NCBI GenBank assembly: GCA_964616855.1 | Contig: CAZTUJ010000001.1 | Span: 384,301-448,300 of the forward strand | Direction: 5' to 3' | From: an uncultured Gammaproteobacteria bacterium | Lineage (GTDB): Bacteria; Patescibacteriota; Patescibacteriia; Patescibacteriales; UBA12465 | DNA: 64,000 nt | Shown here: piece by piece, positions 18,590-29,700 of the stretch | Position numbering within the stretch: the stretch's first letter is position 1 | Layout: each line of letters opens with the position of its first letter | Position numbers and translations under genes: made by a program | Notes under the pieces: model-generated | Database searches by the model: none | Told to the model about the DNA's origin: nothing | What the model saw: the letters and a program-made list of their open reading frames with translations, nothing else

Positions 18590-18928
18590 TTATTTCTTGG
18601 TGTTGAGAGTCACTTGCGCGATTTTCTTGATGTCTTTAGTTTTTACCACAACTTCTTTACTGGCTTTAGCTTCAGCGCGTTCGGCTTTCTTCACTTTTTT
18701 ACCCTTTTTACCAGCAGAAGCGGTATCTTTAGCGGCTAATTTGGCGCCGAATTTCTCAACACGGCGGGCAGTATCAACTAATTTCTGTTTACCCGTATAG
18801 AAAGGATGGCAAGCGGAGCAAAGCTCAACTTTAATTTCCGGGACAGTAGAGCCGGTGCTAAAAGTATTGCCACAAACACAGGAAACTTGGCAATCAGTAT
18901 GATATTGAGGATGGATGTCTTTTTTCAT
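18590..18928 (-). CDS. rpmE: 50S ribosomal protein L31 with Lys/Ala-rich C-terminal extension
   Basis: [10 protein letters not shown]...[10 protein letters not shown] is the L31 core with its CxxC zinc motifs. A basic tail of about 40 aa follows. Confidence 0.9.
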   Translation of the reverse strand: MKKDIHPQYHTDCQVSCVCGNTFSTGSTVPEIKVELCSACHPFYTGKQKLVDTARRVEKFGAKLAAKDTASAGKKGKKVKKAERAEAKASKEVVVKTKDIKKIAQVTLNTKK

Positions 18929-19101
18929 ATAAATTTAAGGGAGGTTGGAAAAACCTCGGAATTTGTTTCTAATTTTGCGATAAAGGCACAAAAAAAGAAA
19001 ATTGATTTTTTTCTTTGGTATTACGATAATATCATAACTTTAAAAATTAATCAATACCTGTTATACTAAGGACATACTCTTAGTTTTTCGACTCCATTTT
19101 T

Positions 19102-20532
19102 ATGAATAAAGTCGCTAATATTGCGAAAAATACTTCTTACTTGACTCTTGCTCTGATCATTCAAAAAGTGATCTCTTTTTCTTATTTTATCCTTTTGGCT
19201 CGTTTTTTGGGTTTAGAAGTGCTCGGTCAGTATTATACCGCCATCTCTTTTACCACTATTTTTGCCATTTTTATTGATTTAGGTTTTGCTAGTGCTTTAA
19301 CTAGAGAGGTGGCCAAAGATCAGACCAGGGCCGCCCAGTGGCTGCGGACGGTTTTGTCTTTAAAGTTATGGTTAGCGGCGGGCACGGTCATTTTGGCTTT
19401 AGGCGTAGCCGGTTTTGCTTATGACCGCTTTCTTTTACTCTTAATTAGTATTTCCGTCTTATCGATGGTGCTCGATTCTTTTACTAATACTTTTTTTGCA
19501 GTTGCCCGCGGTTTTTATAATTTAAAGTATGAAAGTATTGCTGCGGTTATTTTCCAATTAATTGTTCTGGCCCTGGGTGTTTTAGCTATGTTTCTGGTCT
19601 GGCCCTTGCCGGCTATGCTTGGCATCTTGGTGGCGGCGAGTCTGTTTAACTTCATTTATTCTGCCAATATTGTTAAACGACGCCTACAATTATCCATTCG
19701 GCCGGCGTTAAATAGGGAGATGGCGAAGCGCATTTTTAATATTAGTTGGCCCTTTGCTTTATATAATATTTTCCAGCGCTTGTTTACTTATCTCGATTCT
19801 TTGTTACTCGGCTTTATTGCCGGCTATGGTCAAGTTGGTCTTTATCAAATTGCTTTTAAGCTAATCTTTGCTTTGCAATTTTTACCAATGGCCTTTACCG
19901 CCTCTCTGTATCCGGCGATGAGCGCTTATTGGTTGAATAATAAAGAACAGTTGCGGGTTTCTTTTGAAAGGGCTTTAAATTATTTACTCATTATTTCTTT
20001 GCCCATTATTTTTGGTATTTTTGCTTTAGCTGATAAGGTTTTGCCTTTGTTTAAAGCCGGTCCCGAAGCAATCTGGCCTTTGCGTGTTTCTATCCTGGCC
20101 ATCTTTTTTATTTTTTTAAATTTCCCCGTCGGTTCACTTTTAAATGCTTGTGATCGCCAGCGGCGCAATACCTTAAATATGGCGATTGTGACTGTTTTTA
20201 GTGTGGGCCTGAACCTGCTCCTGATTCCACGCTGGCAGGCCTTAGGGGCGAGCGTGACGGTTTTAGCTAGCAATGCCTTGATGTTTATCCTTGGCCTCCT
20301 TTCTATTCGGGGTTTAATTATTTATCGTCCGGCTAAGAATCTTAAAGTTTTAGCTCAAGCCCTTTTAGCGGCCACTTTAATGGCCTTGGTAATTTTCTGG
20401 GGGAAACAGCAATTTCATATTTTTATTGCCGTGATTGGCGGCGGCTTAATTTATTTTGTTGCTCTTTTTGCACTTGGTGGCCTCAAGAAGGCCGATATTA
20501 CTAGCGTCATTACTTCTTTCCGGCGCTCTTAA
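19102..20532 (+). CDS. Polysaccharide/oligosaccharide flippase (MOP/Wzx-type polysaccharide biosynthesis protein)
   Basis: 476 aa with about 12-14 TM segments. It sits at the head of a glycosyltransferase cluster. Confidence 0.75.
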   Translation: MNKVANIAKNTSYLTLALIIQKVISFSYFILLARFLGLEVLGQYYTAISFTTIFAIFIDLGFASALTREVAKDQTRAAQWLRTVLSLKLWLAAGTVILALGVAGFAYDRFLLLLISISVLSMVLDSFTNTFFAVARGFYNLKYESIAAVIFQLIVLALGVLAMFLVWPLPAMLGILVAASLFNFIYSANIVKRRLQLSIRPALNREMAKRIFNISWPFALYNIFQRLFTYLDSLLLGFIAGYGQVGLYQIAFKLIFALQFLPMAFTASLYPAMSAYWLNNKEQLRVSFERALNYLLIISLPIIFGIFALADKVLPLFKAGPEAIWPLRVSILAIFFIFLNFPVGSLLNACDRQRRNTLNMAIVTVFSVGLNLLLIPRWQALGASVTVLASNALMFILGLLSIRGLIIYRPAKNLKVLAQALLAATLMALVIFWGKQQFHIFIAVIGGGLIYFVALFALGGLKKADITSVITSFRRS

Positions 20533-20535
20533 ATT

Positions 20536-21624
20536 ATGAAACTACTACTTTGCACTTTAGAATATCCTCCCCAAATTGGCGGTGTTGCTAGTTACTATTA
20601 TAATTTAATCTCAGCTTGGCCAAAGGCTGATTCTTGGCGAGTTTTGGATAATAGCGAAAAAAAGCTTTGTGCGGTCTCTGGGCCTTGGCCTTGGCAAAGA
20701 GCTTTTGCCGCTCTCTGGAAAGAGTTGCAGGCAAATCCAGCCGATTTAGTTTTTATCGGGCAAATTTTGCCTTTAGGGACCGTGGCCTTGCTTTTAAATA
20801 TCATTAAACCCTTTACTTTCGGTCTTTTTTTACATGGCATGGATTTAAGTTTTGCTTTAAAATCACCACGCAAGCGTTTTTTAGCTAGGCTGATTTTAAA
20901 GAAAGCAAAAATAATAGTTTGTGCTAATTCTCGAGTCCAGGAAATTTTATTAGATTTTTTGCCTGATTTAAAAGACAAGGTAATGATTTTACATCCTGGA
21001 GCCACAGTTGGAGAAACTAATGTTGAGGTTAAAGCGGAATTGGAGAATCGCTATCATTTAGCCGGAAAAAAGATCATCTTTTCCCTTGGCCGTTTGGTAA
21101 AACGCAAAGGCTTCGATCAGGTGATTAAATCTTTGGAAAAAGTGTCGGTTAATCCTTGGCTTTATTTATTAGCTGGTGATGGGCCGGAAAGTGAATCTTT
21201 ACGCGCTTTAGCCGCTCAAAGTTCGATATCGGACAAAGTTATCTTTACAGGGGCTCTCAGTGAAGAGGAGAAATGGTCTTGTTTGGATTTATGTGATATA
21301 TTTATAACGACTTCTCGGGATTTAGATGGAGATTTTGAAGGTTTCGGTATTGTTTATCTGGAAGCGAATTTGATGGCCAAACCGGTAATTGCCGGCAATA
21401 GTGGTGGGGTCGCCGATGCAGTGATCAATAATCTTAATGGTCTTTTGGTTAATCCCGAAGACGCTGGTGAGATTGCCGCCGCCATTACTAAATTATTACA
21501 AAATCCAGCTGAAGCTTCTCGACTAGGTTTAGCGGGCAGGGAAAGGGCGGAAAAAGATTTTTCTTGGCCCAGCCAAGCGGCTAAACTTGCCGCCAGCCTA
21601 AAAGAAAGAATTAGTAGTATTTAA
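20536..21624 (+). CDS. Glycosyltransferase family 1
   Basis: FEGFGIVYLEANLMAKPVIAGNSGG motif, 362 aa. Confidence 0.85.
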   Translation: MKLLLCTLEYPPQIGGVASYYYNLISAWPKADSWRVLDNSEKKLCAVSGPWPWQRAFAALWKELQANPADLVFIGQILPLGTVALLLNIIKPFTFGLFLHGMDLSFALKSPRKRFLARLILKKAKIIVCANSRVQEILLDFLPDLKDKVMILHPGATVGETNVEVKAELENRYHLAGKKIIFSLGRLVKRKGFDQVIKSLEKVSVNPWLYLLAGDGPESESLRALAAQSSISDKVIFTGALSEEEKWSCLDLCDIFITTSRDLDGDFEGFGIVYLEANLMAKPVIAGNSGGVADAVINNLNGLLVNPEDAGEIAAAITKLLQNPAEASRLGLAGRERAEKDFSWPSQAAKLAASLKERISSI

Positions 21625-21634
21625 AGAATGGTCT

Positions 21635-22333
21635 ATGATTTCTATTATTATTCCGGTTTATAATCAAGCAAAAAAATTAGCTTTAACCCTAGCTAGTATC
21701 GCCCAGCAAGAATATAAAGATTGGGAAGTAATTATTGTTAACGATGGCTCCCAAGATGATCCCGAAAAAACTTTTTCTGAGTTTGTTAAAAATATTGAAA
21801 TAGATAATCATTTTATTTTTATCAATCAAGAAAATAAAGGGGCGCCAGCTGCCCGTAATCGCGGTTTTCGCGAATCTCAGGGTGAGTATTTATTCTTTTG
21901 TGATGCCGATGCTGATCTCTATCCCTCCGCTTTAGCGGAGTTAGTGGCGGTCTTGGATTTTAACCCTGAGGCTAGTTACGCCTATCCTTCTTTTCTCTGG
22001 GGAAAAAAATTATTTCGAGTCGGCCCCTTTAGTCCAGTTAAACTCCAAGCCGGCCCCTATATCCACACCATGGCTTTAATTAAGCGCTCTGATTTTCCGG
22101 CTGGTGGCTGGGATGAAAGCATTAAAAAATTTCAAGATTGGGATTTATGGTTGACGATGTTAAGCTCCGGTAAAAGCGGTGTTTGGGTAGATAAAGTGCT
22201 CTTTAAGATTGCTCCTGGTGGTACTATCAGTTCCTGGTTACCCTCTTTTGCCTATAAGCTGTTTCCTTTTTTACCAAGTGTGAAAAAATATCAAGCGGCG
22301 ATGGCCGTGATTAAAAATAAACATGGATTATAA
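21635..22333 (+). CDS. Glycosyltransferase family 2
   Basis: ISIIIPVYNQ...VIIVNDGSQD, with a DAD (DxD) motif. Confidence 0.85.
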   Translation: MISIIIPVYNQAKKLALTLASIAQQEYKDWEVIIVNDGSQDDPEKTFSEFVKNIEIDNHFIFINQENKGAPAARNRGFRESQGEYLFFCDADADLYPSALAELVAVLDFNPEASYAYPSFLWGKKLFRVGPFSPVKLQAGPYIHTMALIKRSDFPAGGWDESIKKFQDWDLWLTMLSSGKSGVWVDKVLFKIAPGGTISSWLPSFAYKLFPFLPSVKKYQAAMAVIKNKHGL

Positions 22334-22787
22334 GAAGATAAAAAAATATTGGCAGCAGTATCGTTTATTTGTTGGTCTTTTTTTTCTGCTATTGTTGATT
22401 ATTTTTTTGGCTTTAATTTTTTACAGTCGCCCCCACTTTCGCGTTCAGGCTAATGAGTGTATATTTTTAGTAGACAAAGCTTCTAGTCCCCGGCAACAAT
22501 ATCGAGGCTTATCGGGGAAGAAAGAATTAGCAATTAATCAGGGCATGCTTTTTCTGTTTGAGGGAGCGGCGGATCGCTCTTTTGTGATGAGAAAGATGAA
22601 TTTTCCTTTAGATATTATTTTTATTAAAGATCACCGCGTTATTAATCTTTATCATAATTTGTCGCCAGAAGGAGACACTCCGCGTCAATCATATGATAGC
22701 GGTAATCCGGCGGATGCAGTTTTAGAAATTAATGCCGGCCGTGCCCGCGCTTGTCGTTTGGGCGTTGGCAGTAAAATTTCTTGGTAA
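22323..22787 (+). CDS. DUF192 domain-containing protein
   Basis: N-terminal TM, then GMLFLF...FVMRKMNFPLDIIFI, the DUF192 signature. It overlaps the GT2 gene by 11 nt. Confidence 0.75.
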   Translation: MDYKKIKKYWQQYRLFVGLFFLLLLIIFLALIFYSRPHFRVQANECIFLVDKASSPRQQYRGLSGKKELAINQGMLFLFEGAADRSFVMRKMNFPLDIIFIKDHRVINLYHNLSPEGDTPRQSYDSGNPADAVLEINAGRARACRLGVGSKISW

Positions 22788-22790
22788 GCT

Positions 22791-24266
22791 ATGATTACTT
22801 TTAAACCACGTTACCCCTATTTTTTCCTGGGCGCTTTAATTCTCTTAGTTGAGCTACTTTCTTTTACCGCCTACTTTCTCCCGGAAATTCAGGTTTATCT
22901 TCTTGCCGCCTCTTTCTTGGCGGCCTTTTTATTAAGTTTATCTTCCCTAAAAATAGGCCTAGCTCTAGCTTTAGTAGAGCTAATTATTGGTTCTAAGGGG
23001 CATTTATTTTCAGCTGATGTTTTTGGTTTTAGTCTTTCTTTGCGCTTAGTTATCTGGGCGGCCTTAATGTTGGCTAGTTTGATTTTTATTATTCGTCACG
23101 GCTTTTTAAATTCTTGGCGTCAATCTGGTCGCTCTTATTATTTCTGGTTGCCATTTTTTGGTCTAACAGCCTTTGTTATTTTGGCTTTTGTTCAGGGCTT
23201 GATTCGTGGCTACAATCTTGGTGATATTTTCAGCGATGGCAATGCCTGGCTTTTCCTATCCTTAATTATTCCCTTGTTATTGGCGGGTGGGGTAAGGGAA
23301 GAAGGCGACCGCCAAGTTTTTCTAAAAATTTTCTTTTTGGCTAGTATTTTTTTAAGCCTAAAAACTTTAATCTTACTTTTTATCTTCTCCCATAATCTCA
23401 GTTTTATGCCCGATGTCTATCTCTGGGTGCGGCGTAGCGGGGTGGGGGAGATTACTGCCATGGGTGGTGGCTGGCAACGCATTTTTATCCAGTCGCAGAT
23501 TTATGCGCCAATTGCCTTCTTTTTAACTCTCTGGCCACTGATTTTAAAGAGAGTGGAGAATAAAAAAGAATTTTTCTTAGCTGTAGCGAAACTATCTTTA
23601 TTTTTAGCAGTAATTATTGTCAGTATGTCGCGCAGTTTCTGGCTAGGCTTTGGTCTCAGTGCCTTAATTATCGGCGTGCTTTGTTGTCGGCAAACTTGGT
23701 CTTTTTATCGTCGGGCCTTGTTTTATTCTTTAGCCTCCTTGGTGGGTGCCGCTTTAATTATTATTTTTGTAGTTAAGTTTCCTTTTCCCAATCCTCAGGC
23801 AGGCTTATCTGCTGAGGCCTTGGCTGCGCGTTTAGAGCTGAGCGGCGGGGAAGCGGCCCTAGCTTCGCGCTGGGCACTTCTACCTAATCTCTGGCAGGAG
23901 ATAAAGAAGGCGCCCTTTCTGGGGCAAGGATTTGGGGCGACTGTTGGTTACTATTCTCAAGATCCACGGGTCTTAGCCCAAAACCCTGATGGCTGGTATC
24001 GCTCCTACGCCTTTGAGTGGGCTTATCTTGATACTTGGCTGAAAATGGGTATTTTAGGTTTAGCTGTTTATTTAGCTTGGATTTTCTCCCTCCTTTTTCT
24101 ATTGTTGCGCGAGGCCTTCTTGAGTTCATCGGCTCTAGCTTGGTCTTTAGCCGCTAGCTTACTTTTCCTAATTATTGTCAATATTTTTACCCCCTATCTT
24201 AATCATCCTTTAGGCCTGGGCTTCCTGCTTTTTTGCTCTTGTTTTATCAAAAAAAATCCTTTATAA
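22791..24266 (+). CDS. O-antigen ligase-like (Wzy_C) polytopic membrane protein
   Basis: 491 aa with more than 10 TM segments. The SRSFWLG-containing loop is typical of O-antigen ligase/polymerase family proteins. Confidence 0.65.
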   Translation: MITFKPRYPYFFLGALILLVELLSFTAYFLPEIQVYLLAASFLAAFLLSLSSLKIGLALALVELIIGSKGHLFSADVFGFSLSLRLVIWAALMLASLIFIIRHGFLNSWRQSGRSYYFWLPFFGLTAFVILAFVQGLIRGYNLGDIFSDGNAWLFLSLIIPLLLAGGVREEGDRQVFLKIFFLASIFLSLKTLILLFIFSHNLSFMPDVYLWVRRSGVGEITAMGGGWQRIFIQSQIYAPIAFFLTLWPLILKRVENKKEFFLAVAKLSLFLAVIIVSMSRSFWLGFGLSALIIGVLCCRQTWSFYRRALFYSLASLVGAALIIIFVVKFPFPNPQAGLSAEALAARLELSGGEAALASRWALLPNLWQEIKKAPFLGQGFGATVGYYSQDPRVLAQNPDGWYRSYAFEWAYLDTWLKMGILGLAVYLAWIFSLLFLLLREAFLSSSALAWSLAASLLFLIIVNIFTPYLNHPLGLGFLLFCSCFIKKNPL

Positions 24267-24330
24267 TACATACTAATTGTCGCGCCCGGCGGGAATTTTT
24301 CCCCGGTCGTTTTAATCTTAATTTTTATTT

Positions 24331-24789
24331 ATGTCCGAACAAATCATTACGCAAGAAGGTTATGATAAATTACAAGATGAGCTTAATCACCTCAGTTCTT
24401 TGAAGCGTCGCGAAATTGCCGAAAGAATTGAGCGGGCCAAAGATTTAGGGGACTTGAGCGAAAACGCGGAATATAGTGAAGCTAAGGATGCTCAGGCTTT
24501 AAATGAAGGTCGGATTTTGGAGCTAACTAATATTTTAAAGAATGTCACCGTGGTCGACAAACATGGCGGTAAGGATGAAGTTACCATGGGCTCTTTAGTT
24601 ACTGTTAAGACTGATGGTAAGGAAAAGCAATATACCATTGTCAGCTTTAATGAAGCTGACCCCTTAAATGGTAAAATTTCCAATGAGTCCCCCTTAGGTG
24701 TGGCTTTTTTGGGAAAGCGTAAAGGAGCGGTTGTCAGCGTGGAAACTCCTCGAGGTGTTTTTGAATATAAGATTGTAAAAATAGATTAA
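24331..24789 (+). CDS. greA: Transcription elongation factor GreA
   Basis: 152 aa with GDLSENAEY in the coiled-coil tip. Confidence 0.9.
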   Translation: MSEQIITQEGYDKLQDELNHLSSLKRREIAERIERAKDLGDLSENAEYSEAKDAQALNEGRILELTNILKNVTVVDKHGGKDEVTMGSLVTVKTDGKEKQYTIVSFNEADPLNGKISNESPLGVAFLGKRKGAVVSVETPRGVFEYKIVKID

Positions 24790-24793
24790 AAAT

Positions 24794-26308
24794 ATGTCTG
24801 CAGAAAAGAACTTGGCACCGGGTAGCGAAAGGGAAGAGCGTTTGAAAAAACTGCTGGCCTTGCGAGAAGCAGGTATTAATCCCTATCCGGCGACGAGTAA
24901 ACGTAATTATAGTATTGCCCAGGTTTTGGCGGATTTTGATAAATTGGCCGAAAAGCAAAGTGTAGTTACTATTGCTGGTCGTTTGCGTAGTTTACGTAGC
25001 CACGGTAATCTCAGTTTTGCTGCCCTAGAAGATGCTAGTGGTCAATTGCAGTTGGCTTTTTCTAAAAAAGAACTCGGTGATGAGAGCTATAAGCGCTTTT
25101 TGAAATTAATTGATACGGGTGACTTTATTGAAGCCACTGGCTTAGCTTTCTTGACCCATCGTGGCGAGAAGAGTTTAATGTTGTCTGCTTGGCAGATTCT
25201 TAGTAAAGCAATTGCGCCCATTCCGGATGCCTGGTATGGCCTTAAAGATGAAGATGAGCGCTACCGCCGCCGCTACTTAGATATTTTACTTAATCCGGAA
25301 ACTAGAGACTTATTCTATAAAAAAGCCCTATTTTGGGAAGTAACCAGGGACTTTTTAAAGCGCCATGGTTTTTTTGAAGTCGAAACTCCAACTTTAGAAA
25401 CTAGCACCGGCGGAGCCGAGGCTAACCCTTTCCGCACTCACCATGATGATTTTGATTTAGATGTCTTTCTGCGCATCTCTGTGGGTGAGTTGTGGCAGAA
25501 ACGCTTAATGGCCGCCGGCTTTGAAAAAGTGTTTGAAATCGGCCGCGTCTATCGCAATGAAGGTTCTAGCCCCGATCATCTCCAGGAATTTACCAATATG
25601 GAGTTCTATTGGGCTTACGCTAACTATGAATTAGGGATGAAATTAGTCCAAGAACTATATCAAGAAATTGCTCTTAAAGTCTTCGCTAAGACCAAATTTA
25701 GTACTAAAGGGATGGAATATGACCTGGCGGGTGAATGGCCGCGCCTAGACTACCGCACGGCCGTCTTAGAGAATACTGGCATTGATGTCCTGACAGCCAC
25801 GGAAGCGGAAATGAAGGCAAAATTGAGTGAGTTGCAAGTGAAGTATGAAGGCGATAATCGCGAACGTTTGACCGATACTTTGTGGAAATATTGCCGCCGG
25901 AGTATTGCCGGCCCTGTTTTCTTAGTTAATCACCCTAAATTAGTTTCGCCGCTTTCCAAGGCCAAGCCAGAAAATCCCGAACTAACCGAACGTTTTCAGA
26001 TTATTATTGCCGGCAGTGAGGTGGGTAACGGTTTTTCGGAGTTAAATGACCCCGTAGACCAGCGGGAACGCTTTGAACTACAGCAGCAGTTAATTGATCG
26101 GGGCGATAAGGAAGCAATGATGCCGGACTGGGAATTTGTGGAGATGCTAGAACACGGCATGCCCCCGACCTGTGGTTTTGGCTTCGGCGAGCGTCTTTTT
26201 GCCTTTATGGTTGATAAACCGGTCAGAGAGACCACTCTTTTTCCCTTAATGAGGCCGAAAAGAGAAGCGGGTAAGGGCGGGGAAAAAGAAACCCTTGAAA
26301 AAAAATAA
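24794..26308 (+). CDS. lysS: Lysine--tRNA ligase (class II)
   Basis: 504 aa. It has an N-terminal OB anticodon-binding domain and class II motifs (FRNE-like YRNEGSSPDHLQEFT, GFGFGERL). Confidence 0.95.
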   Translation: MSAEKNLAPGSEREERLKKLLALREAGINPYPATSKRNYSIAQVLADFDKLAEKQSVVTIAGRLRSLRSHGNLSFAALEDASGQLQLAFSKKELGDESYKRFLKLIDTGDFIEATGLAFLTHRGEKSLMLSAWQILSKAIAPIPDAWYGLKDEDERYRRRYLDILLNPETRDLFYKKALFWEVTRDFLKRHGFFEVETPTLETSTGGAEANPFRTHHDDFDLDVFLRISVGELWQKRLMAAGFEKVFEIGRVYRNEGSSPDHLQEFTNMEFYWAYANYELGMKLVQELYQEIALKVFAKTKFSTKGMEYDLAGEWPRLDYRTAVLENTGIDVLTATEAEMKAKLSELQVKYEGDNRERLTDTLWKYCRRSIAGPVFLVNHPKLVSPLSKAKPENPELTERFQIIIAGSEVGNGFSELNDPVDQRERFELQQQLIDRGDKEAMMPDWEFVEMLEHGMPPTCGFGFGERLFAFMVDKPVRETTLFPLMRPKREAGKGGEKETLEKK

Positions 26309-26334
26309 TTAATTGTTATAATACCAATATCAGC

Positions 26335-26368
26335 AAAAATGGCTTTAAAGCAATGAAGCCATTTTTAT
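26335..26368 (+). terminator. Hairpin plus T-run after lysS, abutting tRNA-Gln
   Basis: AAAATGGCTT-(loop)-AAGCCATTTT followed by TAT. Confidence 0.6.
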
Positions 26369-26439
26369 TCGGGGATCGTCTAATGGTAGGACAACAGGTT
26401 CTGGTCCTGTTTATCGGGGTTCGAATCCCTGTCCCCGAG
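26369..26439 (+). tRNA. tRNA-Gln (anticodon CTG); CCA not encoded
   Basis: Hand fold: the acceptor is TCGGGGA/TCCCCGA with U1-A72, as is typical for tRNA-Gln. The anticodon stem ACAGG/CCTGT carries the loop TTCTGGT. The T-arm is CGGGG-TTCGAAT-CCCTG. Confidence 0.85.
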
Positions 26440-26586
26440 CTAAACACGAAAACAGGTTTAAAAAGCCTGTTTTCGTTTTAATATTAGATATATATTAAGT
26501 TTCAAAGCGGTTCTAACATTTTTGTGGTATTTATAGTATTTTTTAGAAAAACCTTTATTTTATTGGTCCATATTGGTTAGAATCCA
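26435..26586 (+). repeat. Direct repeat copy A (tRNA-Gln 3' end, terminator hairpin and ~100 nt of spacer)
   Basis: Hand alignment to 31574-31735 gives 49/54 identical in the first block. Overall identity is about 83% over ~152 aligned nt, with one 10-nt indel. Confidence 0.8.
26447..26480 (+). terminator. Intrinsic terminator after tRNA-Gln
   Basis: CGAAAACAGG-(9-nt loop)-CCTGTTTTCG followed by TTTT. Confidence 0.75.
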
Positions 26587-26740
26587 TTTGTCTGTTTTTT
26601 AAAAAATATTATTAAAATATTTTTAGTATTATATCATTTAGGCTGTATTATTATATTTATAGTAATTCTATTTTTTACTAAGATGAACAATTATGTTAAA
26701 ATATAAATAATAAAGTAATTAAAATGCATTTAATATAAAT

Positions 26741-29700
26741 ATGAGTAAAGTGAAAATTTATACGTCTATTTTTTTGTTGTTTAATTTTATATTTTCTGGT
26801 ATTTTATTGCCATTTAATGATGTTAGAGCCGATTCTAATAAGGTAATAACTATCACATTTGCTACAACACCGGTTTCGCCAGTTGTTAGTAAAACTCAAT
26901 TAAAATATAATAAAGATTTTGTTCTAAGTTATAGTTTTGACGATGGACTAATAAGAGGTTACGATACCGCCTTTAAATATATGAACGGTGGTTATTCTGA
27001 TTATCTTGGCCAATATTTTGGGGGGCTGTATTTTACTGATGGCGCTGGAAACAATGTACCATTTCGTGGTGGGTATGCTTTTTATGTCAGAAATGCTAGT
27101 TATTCAGATATTCACATTAATACCCCTAGCTATATAAAATGGACTCAATTGCAAGAAGCGGTTGATAGTGGTTGGAATGTATTTAATCATGGTTATACAT
27201 CGGCGTCTGTCTCCGCAGATAACCCTAATTACGTTTATTACGTCGGTGACCCGGGTGGTCATGCTACTGGTTCTTTAGACTATACTTATGAACTTACACA
27301 AGCAAATGTTGATATTGCCTCTCATATTAATTTAAAAAATAATGCTGGCACGGTAACTGGACCATTAAACGTTTCTCAAGTAATTTTACCAAATGGTGAT
27401 GATAATTATATTCAGCCAGCCTTTGATAATGGCTTTAATGCTGTTTATGCTCAAAGTGGAATCTTTCCCTTTGATGGAAGCACTACAACTGCGCCTACCT
27501 TTACGAATGTAAATAATCCAATAAGTAATAATCGTCATGTTATGCCTCGCTGGTTTGATTATGAATATAGATATTTATCAACAGGAGAATATCCTGGCGG
27601 TTTATTTAATCATGTTGATCAAGTTGCCTCATTAAGTACTAGCTCTACAAAATATTGGACTCAATCCTTTACTCATCACATTACTACTAGCACGTATCCC
27701 CCGGATTGGAACGGAGGGGTTACTTGGGATAGTTGGAAAAGCCTTATGGACCATGTTGAAAATACTTATGGTCGCTTTGGTAATGATAAAGCATGGGTAG
27801 CTGGAGCCGAAGAGGTTTATAATTACATGATGGTTAAGCAAAACTCCGTTGTGACTCAAAATTTAGTGGGGAATGTTTTAACTATAGAAATAGACACAAC
27901 CAGTGTTCCGGCTAATTTAAAAAACTACGCCTTATCTTTACTAGTAAGTTCTGACAATAATGCTGTTATAGACAGTATCAACTATGGAACTGATTTTACT
28001 TATCATAGTGACAACAAGGCAACGGGACTTATTAATATTGATTGGGGTGTAAATTCTTATTCAAAAAATGATATTACTCGCGTTGAATCATTAGTTTCTG
28101 AAGCTGAAACGAGTAAAAGGAAGTCAGATATTGATATTGCTAGGTCTTATGTTGATTTATTAACAACTAATCCAGCCTCTATAAAGACTTCATATGTTTC
28201 TAGATTAGATGCCATAGTTGTGCCACTCCGAACTTGGTATATAAATGTAAAAGGTATTACTAATCTAGTTAATTGTAATGATTATAATGGCGCGACTACT
28301 ACAAAATCTTATTCGCCATCAATCTATAATTGGAACTTATTTACCGTTGGTAACACTTCAGCTACTGCATGTGGTGACTTAAGTAATATAAGAGACTCAG
28401 ATAATCAGATATCAAATATTTCTTTATCAAATACCGCTCCTTTTAAAAATGGTGGTTTGCCAACAGCCGATACTGGAAATAATTCAGCTATATACCCTGA
28501 TGCGGTAATTGGTTCAGCGGGACAAATTTACAGTTCAGTCACAACACCAGCTAAAGTTAAAATATCTGGATTAGAGAGCATAAAAACGTATAATATTAAA
28601 TTATACGGCTATACTTCTGCTACCGGCGCCACTGGTAATAGTGCTATTACCTTATATACTATAGGCAGTACAACCAAAGAATTAATTGTAAAATCAAATA
28701 CAACAAGCACGGTTGAATTTCTAAATGTTATTCCAATTGCAGGAGAAATTGAAGTAACGGTCGCGCCCAAAGTTGCGGCTTGGGGGTATGGTTTTTTAAA
28801 TGCCTTTGAAATTAAAGAAAATATTTTAGCTGCCCCGACTAACTTATCTTACAACTCTCCTAATACCTACATAAAAAATAGTGCTATTATCCCATTATCT
28901 CCAACTGTAACTGGTTTAGGAATAACATATTCTGTTTCGCCAACACTACCATCAGGATTATCCATAAGCACTTCAACTGGTATTATTTCTGGAACACCAA
29001 CATCGGCCACCAGTTTGGCCACTTATACTGTCTCTGCGACTAATAATGGAGGCAGTACTACTTTTGGCGTTGTAATGGGAATAAATAATATCGCCCCAAA
29101 TTCGCTGTCGTACAATTCACCGAATAATTTTACAAGAAATACCTCAATTACTCCATTGTCACCAACTGTAAGCGGAGAGGAAATTACTTATTCCATTTCA
29201 CCGACACTACCAAGTGGGCTTTCTTTAGATGATTCAACCGGTATTATTTCAGGCACTCCAAGTGCAACCTCTACTCAAACTACTTATACGGTGACCGCAA
29301 CTAACTCGGGTGGTAGCACTACTTTTGATGTCGTTATTGAAGTTAACCATGCCGCCCCAACTAATTTATCCTATGCCACGCCAAATAGTTATATTAAGGA
29401 CTCCGCTATTACTCCGCTAACACCAACTATAACTGGTGCTGATTTAACTTACTCCATTTCACCGACACTACCAAGTGGGCTTTCTTTAGATGATTCAACC
29501 GGTATTATTTCAGGCACTCCAAGTGCAACCTCTACTCAAACTACTTATACGGTGACCGCAACTAACTCGGGTGGTAGCACTACTTTTGATGTCGTTATTG
29601 CTGTGGGTGATGTTATCTCTTACACACTGTCTTATCTGGCGAGTGCTAATGGTGCTATTACGGGCACAATATATCAATCAGTTGTCAGTGGTGCTAACGG

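Larger units (their letters stand above)
28828..29600 (+). repeat. Three tandem ~87-aa (261-nt) He_PIG-like Ig repeats inside the giant gene
   Basis: Each unit begins APTNLSY/APNSLSY and contains SPTLPSGLS...STGIISGTP...YTV(S/T)ATN.GGSTTF. Confidence 0.8.

Noticed and set aside
28828-29600. Diversity-generating retroelement (template/variable repeat pair) in the giant surface gene
   Set aside because: The 148-bp copies are identical rather than differing at adenines. Both lie inside the same ORF as ordinary tandem domain repeats, and no reverse transcriptase is present in the window.
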